This document shows, piece after piece, positions 1 through 9,806 of a DNA stretch of 64,000 nt. The notes under the pieces are model-generated. The model saw only the letters and a list, made by a program, of their open reading frames with translations. It searched no databases and was not told where the DNA came from. The stretch spans positions 156-64,155 of the forward strand of contig JAGXLF010000003.1 of the NCBI GenBank assembly GCA_018334835.1. Direction: 5' to 3'. Position numbers and translations under genes: made by a program. Source of the stretch: Thermoplasmatota archaeon (lineage in GTDB: Archaea > Thermoplasmatota > Thermoplasmata > Halarchaeoplasmatales > Halarchaeoplasmataceae). Every line of letters starts with the position of its first letter. Position 1 is the first letter of the stretch.

Positions 1-102
1 GTTGAGGAAGACGAAGACGGAGGTATCCCAGGATTTACATCTATTATCCTGTTAATAGCAGTGGTTACAGCAGTGGCAATCTATCACAGAAAAGACAATT
101 GA
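1..102 (+). CDS. 3' end of a surface protein with a PGF-CTERM archaeal sorting signal (5'-partial; paralog of the next gene)
   Basis: Frame 1 reads VEEDEDGGIPGFTSIILLIAVVTAVAIYHRKDN*. It has the PGF motif, a hydrophobic helix and a basic tail, and is nearly identical to the C-terminus of the 285..2159 product. Stop TGA at 100-102. Confidence 0.75.
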   Translation, partial: VEEDEDGGIPGFTSIILLIAVVTAVAIYHRKDN

Positions 103-160
103 ATCTCAGTCTTGATCAAAGTGTAAAGAAAAAACCTTTCCTGATCATTTCTTTTTTAGT
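103..160 (+). repeat. Duplicated 3' flank (copy 1) with an imperfect hairpin and a T-run; possible terminator
   Basis: ATCTCAGTCTTGATCA...CCTTTCCTGATCATTTCTTTTTT recurs at 2160-2218 immediately after the paralogous stop codon. TGATCAAAG/CTTT(cc)TGATCA can pair and is followed by an oligo-T stretch. Confidence 0.5.
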
Positions 161-284
161 AAGATTTAATCTTTCAACTATGGCACCTCGAAAAAAAAAA
201 ATGACTTTAATGATCTCTTATCTATACTGAGTTATATATCTACGAAAAGTCCATATAGATTAGCACAGATATACCTAATAAGGG

Positions 285-2159
285 TTGATTAATTTGGGAA
301 ACAAAATATTAGTTTTAGCTATAAGTCTCCTACTATTCAGCGGAATGCTGGCATTGGCGGGATCTGAAGCAACTGTGGGAGATGAGGTCAACACAAGTGT
401 AGAGGATGAATTCGAACTGGCAGATTTATCGGATTCACCTTGGCCCATGTTTAGAGGGAATCTTAATCACACTGGACGGAGTCCTTACAACACGGATTAC
501 ATAGATGGGACTGAAAGATGGAATTTTACCACCGGTGAATATGTGCTTTCTTCCCCCGCAATCGGAGAATATGGAACGATATACGTCGGCTCATATGACG
601 GAAACCTGTATGCGTTGAACCCGGATGGGACGGAAAAATGGAGCTTTGCCACTAGCAGCCATGTTCAATCTTCGCCCGCTATTGGTTCGGACGGCACGAT
701 ATACGTTGGCTCTAGTGACAACAACTTGTACGCGGTGAATCCGGATGGGACTGAAAGATGGAATTTTACCACTGGCCTTTCTATAAGCTCTTCGCCCGCT
801 ATCGGAGAAGATGGAACGATATATGCTGGCTCAAACGACGATAACCTGTATGCATTGAACCCGGATGGGACTGAAAGATGGAATTTTACCACCGGTGTCT
901 TTGTGTATTCTTCGCCCGCTATTGGTTCGGACGGCACGATATATGTCGGCTCTGGAGACAATAACCTATACGCGTTAAACCCTGATGGGACTGAAAGATG
1001 GAATTTTACTACCGGTCACTATGTGCGTTCTTCGCCGGCTATTGGTTCGGACGACACGATATATGTCGGCTCTAGTGACAACAACTTGTACGCGGTGAAT
1101 CCGGATGGGACTGAAAGATGGAATTTTACCACTGGCCTTTCTATAAGCTCTTCGCCCGCTATCGGAGAAGATGGAACGATATATGTCGGTTCAAACGACG
1201 GTAACCTGTACGTGTTGAACCCGGATGGGACAGAGAAATGGAACTTTACCACCGGTAGCTATGTGAATATGCATTCTTCGCCCGCGATCGGATCGGACGG
1301 TACGATATACTTCGGCTCCTGTGACAACAATCTGTACGCGGTATACCCGGATGGTACAGAAAAATGGGGTTTTTTGACTGACGGAGATGTGTATTCTTCG
1401 CCCGCGATCGGATCGGACGGTACGATATACTTCGGCTCTATGGACAACAATCTGTATTCAGTTGGAGGAAAGGATATAATACCCCCAACAGTATCGATAA
1501 GCTCACCGTCGGAAGGAGCTATCATTTCAAGTTCATTGGTGACGGTGGAGTGGTCTGGCAGTGATGGTGAAATGGGCATTGATCACTATGAGATACAGAT
1601 CAATAGCGGAGATTGGACAGACATTGGAGTCCTGACCAGCTACACTTTCACTGATCTATCGGATGGTTCTTATACAGTGGATGTCAAAGCCGTAGACGTT
1701 GCTAGCAATACCAATACGGACACTGTAAATTTCATCGTAGACACTACCCCCCCACCTTCAGTTCCTCAGAACCTACAGTCGATAGATGGAGATGAGCAGA
1801 TAAACTTAACATGGGATCCACCGTCGGATGATGGTGGAAGTAACATAACTGAGTACAAGATATATCGAGGTACTACAAGTGGAATTTTGACCCTTCATGA
1901 CAGTGTAGGAGGGGATACAACAACCTATATCGATACAGGACTTACCAATGGGGTGACATTTTACTATCAGGTGAGTGCCGTCAACAGTGCTGGGGAAGGA
2001 GATAAATCAGCTGAAGTAAGTGCTACACCTTCTTCTAGTGATACGGATGATAGTGATACGGATGGAAAAGATGACGGAAGTATACCTGGATTCACATCTA
2101 CTATCCTGTTAATGGCATTGGTCACAGCAGTAGTGATCTACTACAGAAAAGACAATTGA
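285..2159 (+). CDS. Secreted 8-bladed PQQ-like beta-propeller repeat protein with Fn3-like domains and a PGF-CTERM anchor
   Basis: ORF track, 624 aa. It has an N-terminal signal-like helix and eight ~40-aa repeats (NPDGTE[RK]WNFTTG..SSPAIG.DGTIY.GS.D.NLYA). These are followed by Ig/Fn3-like segments (e.g. PSVPQNLQSIDGDEQINLTWDPPSDDGGSNITEYKIYRG), a Ser/Asp linker and IPGFTSTILLMALVTAVVIYYRKDN. The start is TTG at 285 (or TTG at 294) and is uncertain. Confidence 0.85.
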   Translation: MINLGNKILVLAISLLLFSGMLALAGSEATVGDEVNTSVEDEFELADLSDSPWPMFRGNLNHTGRSPYNTDYIDGTERWNFTTGEYVLSSPAIGEYGTIYVGSYDGNLYALNPDGTEKWSFATSSHVQSSPAIGSDGTIYVGSSDNNLYAVNPDGTERWNFTTGLSISSSPAIGEDGTIYAGSNDDNLYALNPDGTERWNFTTGVFVYSSPAIGSDGTIYVGSGDNNLYALNPDGTERWNFTTGHYVRSSPAIGSDDTIYVGSSDNNLYAVNPDGTERWNFTTGLSISSSPAIGEDGTIYVGSNDGNLYVLNPDGTEKWNFTTGSYVNMHSSPAIGSDGTIYFGSCDNNLYAVYPDGTEKWGFLTDGDVYSSPAIGSDGTIYFGSMDNNLYSVGGKDIIPPTVSISSPSEGAIISSSLVTVEWSGSDGEMGIDHYEIQINSGDWTDIGVLTSYTFTDLSDGSYTVDVKAVDVASNTNTDTVNFIVDTTPPPSVPQNLQSIDGDEQINLTWDPPSDDGGSNITEYKIYRGTTSGILTLHDSVGGDTTTYIDTGLTNGVTFYYQVSAVNSAGEGDKSAEVSATPSSSDTDDSDTDGKDDGSIPGFTSTILLMALVTAVVIYYRKDN

Positions 2160-2218
2160 ATCTCAGTCTTGATCAGAGAGTAGAGAGAAAAACCTTTTCT
2201 CGATCATTTCTTTCTTTT
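2160..2218 (+). repeat. Duplicated 3' flank (copy 2) of the PGF-CTERM paralog pair
   Basis: Begins with the same ATCTCAGTCTTGATCA as 103-160 and ends in a T-rich run. This shows the gene plus its 3' flank was duplicated in tandem. Confidence 0.5.
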
Positions 2219-2269
2219 TGAGAACTTGCTGAAGGCCTTCGATTAAAAAAGAGCTAGAATTTCTGTTTC

Positions 2270-2374
2270 TCAGATAAACGGCGAGATCATGAATCCATGT
2301 CCACTGAAGCCCACCATCGGGACTCCACAGACTTCAAAGACCTTTCTCCTGTGCTTCTGCCAATAATTAAGGTC
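2270..2374 (-). pseudogene. C-terminal remnant of a LysE-family exporter paralog
   Basis: The minus-strand frame reads DLNYWQKHRRKVFEVCGVPMVGFSGHGFMISPFI*. This aligns with the C-terminus of the intact LysE gene at 3332..3928 (LKYWEKHRRKVFGVCGGIMLIFGVWFIVSPFL*). A TAA lies directly upstream of the fragment and there is no start codon. Confidence 0.6.
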
Positions 2375-2566
2375 TTATTCAACAAATAACAATAATTCAA
2401 GAAATAATACTACATCAAAGCACTATTGAACTATATATATAATAAGAAAGTTTTTCTCCTCTGTTCGGTTAGTTATGGCCCCAGCGATAAAGAGGTGTTA
2501 TACAGAGAGGGGAAATTTGTATTCTCTTTTTATCTCTTCTTTATTTTTAGGGACTAAAGAGACGTT

Positions 2567-3289
2567 TTAGTCTTTTCTTAACTCTTTATAATAGATTATA
2601 CTAAAGAATGTATAACCGATAAAAACTAGACCAAGTGGAAAATATTGCCAGATAAGAGCCCCATAGATATTTCCCCCTTCCACGGTCTTTATCATGTAAA
2701 TTACTATGCCAGCTCCTGCTAAATTAGCTCCAATATTAGAAAGAAGACCTGACCATAAAAGTTTATTTACTCTAGATTTTAAAAGAATCCTTCCTAATAA
2801 AAATGGGATGGAGGAAAAACAAACGTTCATCGCAAAAATTAATACCTGATTAAGAAAAAATATTGAATTGAGTATCTTTCTTATTAGTTCAAGGTCTTGC
2901 TGGATAGTTTCAGGGGAAGTTGGTACTGCAAAAAGGTAGCCGACGACATATAACAACAATAAAGGTAAAAATAATACGACTAGAATCAACAATACTCCCA
3001 TTCCAAACAATATCTTGATCAAAAAATTATTATCTACAGGGTAGGCCCTTTCACCCTCTGCCTTTAACGCCTGATATATCCCGATTCCCAAAAGTACCAA
3101 GAAAATAATACCAGCGATGAAAACACCTATCACAGCATCGCTCACAGGAACCTCTCCATTTGTTTTTGGTTCTAATAAAAGAGGAACGGTAGTAACAAGT
3201 ATGAAAATAGAGGTGAGGATTGCAAATAAGAAAGATGATAATAAGATCTTCTTTTTACCCGCTCTTTTTAAAACCATTATTGTGTACAC
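2567..3289 (-). CDS. Polytopic membrane protein, function unknown
   Basis: ORF track, 240 aa. Several long hydrophobic segments; no motif I recognise. Confidence 0.55.
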   Translation of the reverse strand: MYTIMVLKRAGKKKILLSSFLFAILTSIFILVTTVPLLLEPKTNGEVPVSDAVIGVFIAGIIFLVLLGIGIYQALKAEGERAYPVDNNFLIKILFGMGVLLILVVLFLPLLLLYVVGYLFAVPTSPETIQQDLELIRKILNSIFFLNQVLIFAMNVCFSSIPFLLGRILLKSRVNKLLWSGLLSNIGANLAGAGIVIYMIKTVEGGNIYGALIWQYFPLGLVFIGYTFFSIIYYKELRKD

Positions 3290-3331
3290 GACCTCTAATA
3301 TATCAAAGAAAGATTATTTATATTTAATCGA

Positions 3332-3928
3332 CTAAAGAAAAGGAGAAACGATGAACCATACACCGAAAATCAACATTATTCCTCCACAGACTCCAAAAAC
3401 TTTCCGTCGGTGTTTTTCCCAGTATTTCAAGGTTCCGTGAGAAGAAAAAGTCAGAAAAGAGTCCCAGATAAGGTCGCATGACCAATGAACTACTGCGAAT
3501 ACGATCAGGAACCAGACTCCGAATTCTAATGCTCTTGTGATCAATGCTGCACCTACTGTGGCCCACCATATGAAGAAATATGGGTTCGCGGCACTCGTTA
3601 CTACCCCCACGATCGTGGGAGGATAGGGAAACTTCTTTTCTCCTTCCTCCACAGGTTTGAAAAGTTGAATTCCTAGATATATGAGAAGGATTCCTCCTAT
3701 TACCCCGATAACGGCTTTAGCTTCCCATGTAGCGATAAAGGTAAGACCCACCGCTACAAGAGCTATGATCGGAAATTCTACCACGGCGTGACCGAGTGCG
3801 ATCTTGACTCCCGCTTTCTTATCTTCGGCTCCTTTAGCTATAGCTCCTGCGGTAACAGGACCGGGCATCATCACTCCGCTCAGCGAGATAAATACAGTCG
3901 CTCCGAGAAGAGCTATTGGTTCCCACAT
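3332..3928 (-). CDS. LysE/RhtB-family amino-acid exporter
   Basis: 198 aa with about 6 hydrophobic helices. The N-terminal helix has the family-typical PGP motif (SGVMMPGPVTAGAI). Stop codon is TAG. Confidence 0.7.
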   Translation of the reverse strand: MWEPIALLGATVFISLSGVMMPGPVTAGAIAKGAEDKKAGVKIALGHAVVEFPIIALVAVGLTFIATWEAKAVIGVIGGILLIYLGIQLFKPVEEGEKKFPYPPTIVGVVTSAANPYFFIWWATVGAALITRALEFGVWFLIVFAVVHWSCDLIWDSFLTFSSHGTLKYWEKHRRKVFGVCGGIMLIFGVWFIVSPFL

Positions 3929-3932
3929 ATCT

Positions 3933-5078
3933 TTATCCTACTACGCCGCCTTCTTCTTCCAGATCCATGTCTTCGAACCTTTCCACTCTCAATCTCTCGA
4001 TGTCCATCGACGGCTGTTCTCCCAAGATAAGTTCTGCCGTAACTTTATCCACCATCGGAGAGACCATAAATCCGTGTCCGCTGAAACCATTCACCTGATA
4101 AAAACGCTCAATTTCCGGAACGGAACCTAGAATAGGTTGAGCGTCGGGAGTAGTATCATAAAAACCGGCCCACTGCCTTATCATATGGACTCCGCTGAAC
4201 CTTGGTATGAAATCCAGCAATGTGTCGGAGAAATTTTTCAAGAACCAGAGACTACCTTTTTGATTTAGACCGGGTTCTTCATCTGGATTACCTATACCTC
4301 CGACTATATTACCGTGCTCGCTCTGGCTGAAGTATATTCCGTGTTCGAACGAGATGACCATCGGATCTAAAAACCGCTTGTAGGGCTCTGTCACCATGAT
4401 CTCATGTCTCACAGGAACGTTAGGGATCTCAGCTCCCGCCATCTCAGCGACCTTCGAAGACCATCCTCCAGCCGCATTGATTACTGTATCGGTCTTTATG
4501 TTCCCTTCGGATGTTTTCACTTTTTTTATCTCATCTCCTTGAGTCACTATATCTGTCACTTCGGTGTGCTCTTTGATATCGATACCTATCTCTCTCACCC
4601 TGTCAGCGTAACCGTGGATCACTTTGAAAGGATAGATCGTCCCGTCGCTCTGGTTGAATGTAGCGGCTACAACGTCTGAGATATCCAATTCAGGTACTAT
4701 CTCTTTAGCCTCCTCAGGGCTCAAAAATTTGCTATCAACCCCTAACTTGTTCTGCAGCTTTACGTTCTCTTTGAACTCGGCAGCTTCTTCTTCATGGAAA
4801 GACAGAACCAGATAGCCACCCTGATAGAATTCTAGGTCTTCTTCTAACTCGTCGTCCAGCCTCTCGAACATCTTCCTGCTTTCCCGAGCCAATTTGATAT
4901 TATCTTCAGAAGTCCACTGCTGTCTTATCCCCCCTCCGTTTCTTCCACTTGCTCCATAACCCAAATATGATTTATCTAGAACTAAAACGTCTGTAAAGCC
5001 TTTCTTACCAAGATGGTAAGCTGTTCCTAGACCGTTAACACCTCCGCCGATGATGACCGCCTCGTATTTTTCAGTCAT
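3933..5078 (-). CDS. FAD-dependent oxidoreductase, sarcosine oxidase beta / L-proline dehydrogenase beta-subunit-like (DAO family)
   Basis: Dinucleotide fold YEAVIIGGGVNGLGTAYHLGKKG with DAO-family length and a C-terminal GFSGHGFM motif. The ORF track starts at 5096. I prefer the ATG at 5078, which has GGAGGGG 6 nt upstream and an ATGACTGA overlap with the upstream gene's stop. Confidence 0.85.
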   Translation of the reverse strand: MTEKYEAVIIGGGVNGLGTAYHLGKKGFTDVLVLDKSYLGYGASGRNGGGIRQQWTSEDNIKLARESRKMFERLDDELEEDLEFYQGGYLVLSFHEEEAAEFKENVKLQNKLGVDSKFLSPEEAKEIVPELDISDVVAATFNQSDGTIYPFKVIHGYADRVREIGIDIKEHTEVTDIVTQGDEIKKVKTSEGNIKTDTVINAAGGWSSKVAEMAGAEIPNVPVRHEIMVTEPYKRFLDPMVISFEHGIYFSQSEHGNIVGGIGNPDEEPGLNQKGSLWFLKNFSDTLLDFIPRFSGVHMIRQWAGFYDTTPDAQPILGSVPEIERFYQVNGFSGHGFMVSPMVDKVTAELILGEQPSMDIERLRVERFEDMDLEEEGGVVG

Positions 5079-5352
5079 CGTCTTCCCCTCCTTCATCGGG
5101 AGAAGCTAGAAGACTGAAAGGAACGGGCCTCGAAGGTGGTCTCGCAGTCGGTTCTTTCATCTCCTCTACATCTTTACCTGTCTCCCTCCTCAGTATCCTT
5201 CTCGCTAACAACAGACAGGCCTTTCCTTGACAGGGTCCCATACCGAGCCTGAGATGTCTCTTCAACGTCTCTAACTCATCATAGCCTTCTTCTATAGCTT
5301 CGACGATATCTTCTTCCGTCAGATCTTCACACCTGCATACGACGGTGGTCAT
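5071..5352 (-). CDS. Small BFD-like [2Fe-2S]-binding subunit
   Basis: 93 aa. Cys pattern VVCRCEDLTEEDI...GMGPCQGKAC is typical of the BFD-like 2Fe-2S domain. Translationally coupled to both neighbours. Confidence 0.7.
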   Translation of the reverse strand: MTTVVCRCEDLTEEDIVEAIEEGYDELETLKRHLRLGMGPCQGKACLLLARRILRRETGKDVEEMKEPTARPPSRPVPFSLLASPDEGGEDDD

Positions 5353-5825
5353 TTTTCCACCTCGAAACCTCTAACTTTCCAAACATTTTCCTTGTCCACT
5401 TCAATGGTTACCGCGTATGTCTTTCCCGATTGTCTCACATTGGTAACTACCGCTTTTTGCACTTCGTTCCCTTCTCTATCTAGGGCTTTGACTTCGTCAC
5501 CCTCATCAGGCACGGGTATGTACTCGTAGGGGATCGTGATCTTACAGTTTTCATCGCTGTAACTGCAGTCCACAACGAATATCGCGAGACCGGGACATTC
5601 GGTGACACAGAAACCGCATCCCGTACAAGTCTCGTATTCCACGTCCGGCGTATCTGTGATCTCTTCCATCTCTACCGCATCGAAAGAGCAAGCTGCTACG
5701 CAGGGATCACATGGGATGTTTTCTACGCATTCCATTATAACCACGGGTCCTTCTTCGAGTCTCTCGTCGGATGGAATCTCTAGATCCTCTTTCCTTATTA
5801 TACCAGTACTTTTGTATTCGCTCAT
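5349..5825 (-). CDS. 4Fe-4S ferredoxin-domain subunit
   Basis: 158 aa. Cys clusters CVENIPCDPCVAAC and CTGCGFCVTECP. A 4-nt overlap with the downstream gene. Confidence 0.7.
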   Translation of the reverse strand: MSEYKSTGIIRKEDLEIPSDERLEEGPVVIMECVENIPCDPCVAACSFDAVEMEEITDTPDVEYETCTGCGFCVTECPGLAIFVVDCSYSDENCKITIPYEYIPVPDEGDEVKALDREGNEVQKAVVTNVRQSGKTYAVTIEVDKENVWKVRGFEVEK

Positions 5826-5844
5826 CCGCAGATCACCTCTTTTG

Positions 5845-7281
5845 TCATCCGCACACCTCCTCGTCTACGGTACAGGTTTTGACACCCTGTTTTGGCACTT
5901 CGCCGTATGGACCCTTTCTCATCTTATCGAGACCTTCTTTAGCCTCTTCTTTTGATCTTCTAGTATCTTCCGTTTCTTCATGCAACTCCTCATAAATAGC
6001 TGCGCCAGCTATCTTTCCTTCCAGCGCTGCTACAGTAGCTTCTTCTATTCCGGCTGCGTCTCCCGCCACGTAGATACCTCTTTGGGTGGTCATCATGTCT
6101 TCCGTTCTCAACGGAACGAAACCACCGAGTTCAGGAACGTAATCCATCTCGCAGTCCGCCTGTCTCAAGAAACCGGTGTCAGGGCTGAGCCCCACGGCGA
6201 GACATATAACGTCACATTCTACTTCTCTTTCAGTTCCCTTCACAGGATTCCAATTCTCGTCTATCTTTTGAACTACTGCTCCTTCTACTTTTTCATCTCC
6301 AATAGCTTTCTTTATAGTGTGGCTGGCCCTTATAGGTACACCGGCTCTTCTTATTTTTGAAGCGTGAACCTGGTAACCCCCGATCTCAGGAAGAGCTTCG
6401 ATGATTTCAACCACGTTGACTCCTGCTTGGAGTAACTGATAGCCGACTATCAATCCTACGTTACCTGAACCGATCATCAGGACTTTTTCTCCGGGTACGA
6501 TACCTTCTTCGTTCATGAGGGTCTGGACTCCTCCAGCTCCGTAAACTCCTGGAAGGTCGTTGTTTTCAAAAGAAAGGTAGTTCTCAACGGCTCCTCCCGC
6601 GTAAACTATACCTTGGGAATCGTATATCTCCAATCTTCCGTCCGACTCTATGGTTATCTTCTTTTCGGGATAGTAGCCGAGTACTTTAGAACCATTATGT
6701 ATCTCGACTCCTACGTCTCTAGCCTCTTCGAGCAACTCCTTTCCTATATCTATACCTCTCGTTCCTGCGTCTTCTTGATGACTGCCAAAAAATTGATGGG
6801 TTTGTTTGACGAGTTGACCGCCTAGGTCGTCTCCTTCATCGAATAGGTGTACTTCGCTTCCGTTTCTCGCCGCAACGATCGAAGCCATAAGACCTGCAGG
6901 CCCTCCACCGATCACGGCTATCTCGATCTCTTCTTTCTTCCTTTCCCCACCTCTCCCAACGTCGGTTTGAGGGAATTCAGCCTTCGGACCATGTCTTTCG
7001 ACCTCCATACCTTCTTCGGCCAAAGTCACGCAGGTCCTTATATTGGGTCTTCCGTCGACCGACATTAGGCAGGAGGAGCATTTTCCTATGGCGCAGAAGA
7101 AGCCTCTGGGTCTTTCCAACTTCTTGCTCTCCGTGAACTTTCTTAGGCCATCAGCATAAAGAGCGGAAGCTATCGTCTCTCCTTCGTAGGCCTTTATCTT
7201 TTTACCTTCAAAATCGAAGTAAAATTCATATCCTCTGTCGAAGTCCAGGATGGGATGTTCAAAGATTCTTCTTTCGCTCAT
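5845..7281 (-). CDS. 2Fe-2S plus FAD/NAD(P) pyridine-nucleotide-disulfide oxidoreductase subunit (sarcosine oxidase alpha / proline dehydrogenase alpha-like)
   Basis: 478 aa. N-terminal Fer2_4-like region (FFCAIGKCSSCLMSVDGRPNIRTC) followed by Rossmann motifs IAVIGGGPAGLMAS and MIGSGNVGLIVG. Confidence 0.8.
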   Translation of the reverse strand: MSERRIFEHPILDFDRGYEFYFDFEGKKIKAYEGETIASALYADGLRKFTESKKLERPRGFFCAIGKCSSCLMSVDGRPNIRTCVTLAEEGMEVERHGPKAEFPQTDVGRGGERKKEEIEIAVIGGGPAGLMASIVAARNGSEVHLFDEGDDLGGQLVKQTHQFFGSHQEDAGTRGIDIGKELLEEARDVGVEIHNGSKVLGYYPEKKITIESDGRLEIYDSQGIVYAGGAVENYLSFENNDLPGVYGAGGVQTLMNEEGIVPGEKVLMIGSGNVGLIVGYQLLQAGVNVVEIIEALPEIGGYQVHASKIRRAGVPIRASHTIKKAIGDEKVEGAVVQKIDENWNPVKGTEREVECDVICLAVGLSPDTGFLRQADCEMDYVPELGGFVPLRTEDMMTTQRGIYVAGDAAGIEEATVAALEGKIAGAAIYEELHEETEDTRRSKEEAKEGLDKMRKGPYGEVPKQGVKTCTVDEEVCG

Positions 7282-7407
7282 CTGAGCACCGTGCCAATGT
7301 GATTAGGTGATAAGATAAAAATATTTTTGTATATTTTGAGTTTCCATCGGATCATCATATAGGATTTAAACCTATAACTAATATATCAAGAGTTCAATCA
7401 GATACCG

Positions 7408-7689
7408 ATGAAGTGGTATATCTGCAGAGAATGCGGAAGCACATCAGAGAAAGAGAAAGAGTGCCCGTCCTGCGGTAAACCTATGGAAGAAGTTGAGGTC
7501 TCTAGAGGATTCGAGGGTTCTATACCTTTCCTCCTGGCGGGGATCGCAGCTGTTCTTTTGATCCTCAGTTTTCTCACCGATCGCTTTATTCTGATTTGGT
7601 TAACCTTTCCTATTATCGGTGCGGGGTTGATATACGATCACCTTTATCAGAAGCATGTCAAAAATGCTTTAAAAGATACGATAAAATAA
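7408..7689 (+). CDS. Small zinc-ribbon membrane protein
   Basis: 93 aa. CRECGS..(8)..CPSCG ribbon followed by two hydrophobic helices. Confidence 0.5.
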   Translation: MKWYICRECGSTSEKEKECPSCGKPMEEVEVSRGFEGSIPFLLAGIAAVLLILSFLTDRFILIWLTFPIIGAGLIYDHLYQKHVKNALKDTIK

Positions 7690-7877
7690 AGATATATAAA
7701 GATAGATAAAACACCCTATATAAGGCAAATTTTCCTTTTATACCCAGAGGGTAAAAAGATTAATATAGGTCGAGAACATGTTATATGATGTCCCCTGACG
7801 ATTATTATCGGCATTGTGGGATGCACTCGAAAAAAGGATATTTATGAGATGCTGAAGTGTATTTGAAGGAAGGTTAA

Positions 7878-9800
<1,923 letters not shown>

Positions 9801-9806
9801 GGTGTT

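Noticed and set aside
665-1579. Three minus-strand ORFs (98, 77 and 106 aa) with their own internal repeats.
   Set aside because: They are mirror images of the 120-nt blade repeats of the plus-strand beta-propeller gene. Their periodicity is inherited, not independent coding.
7785-7855. A possible C/D-box sRNA upstream of gyrB (ATGATGT ... CTGA ... CTGA).
   Set aside because: The first CTGA is only 4 nt after the C-like box, there is no convincing C' box, and there is no terminal stem. This is more likely just the gyrB 5' UTR/promoter region.
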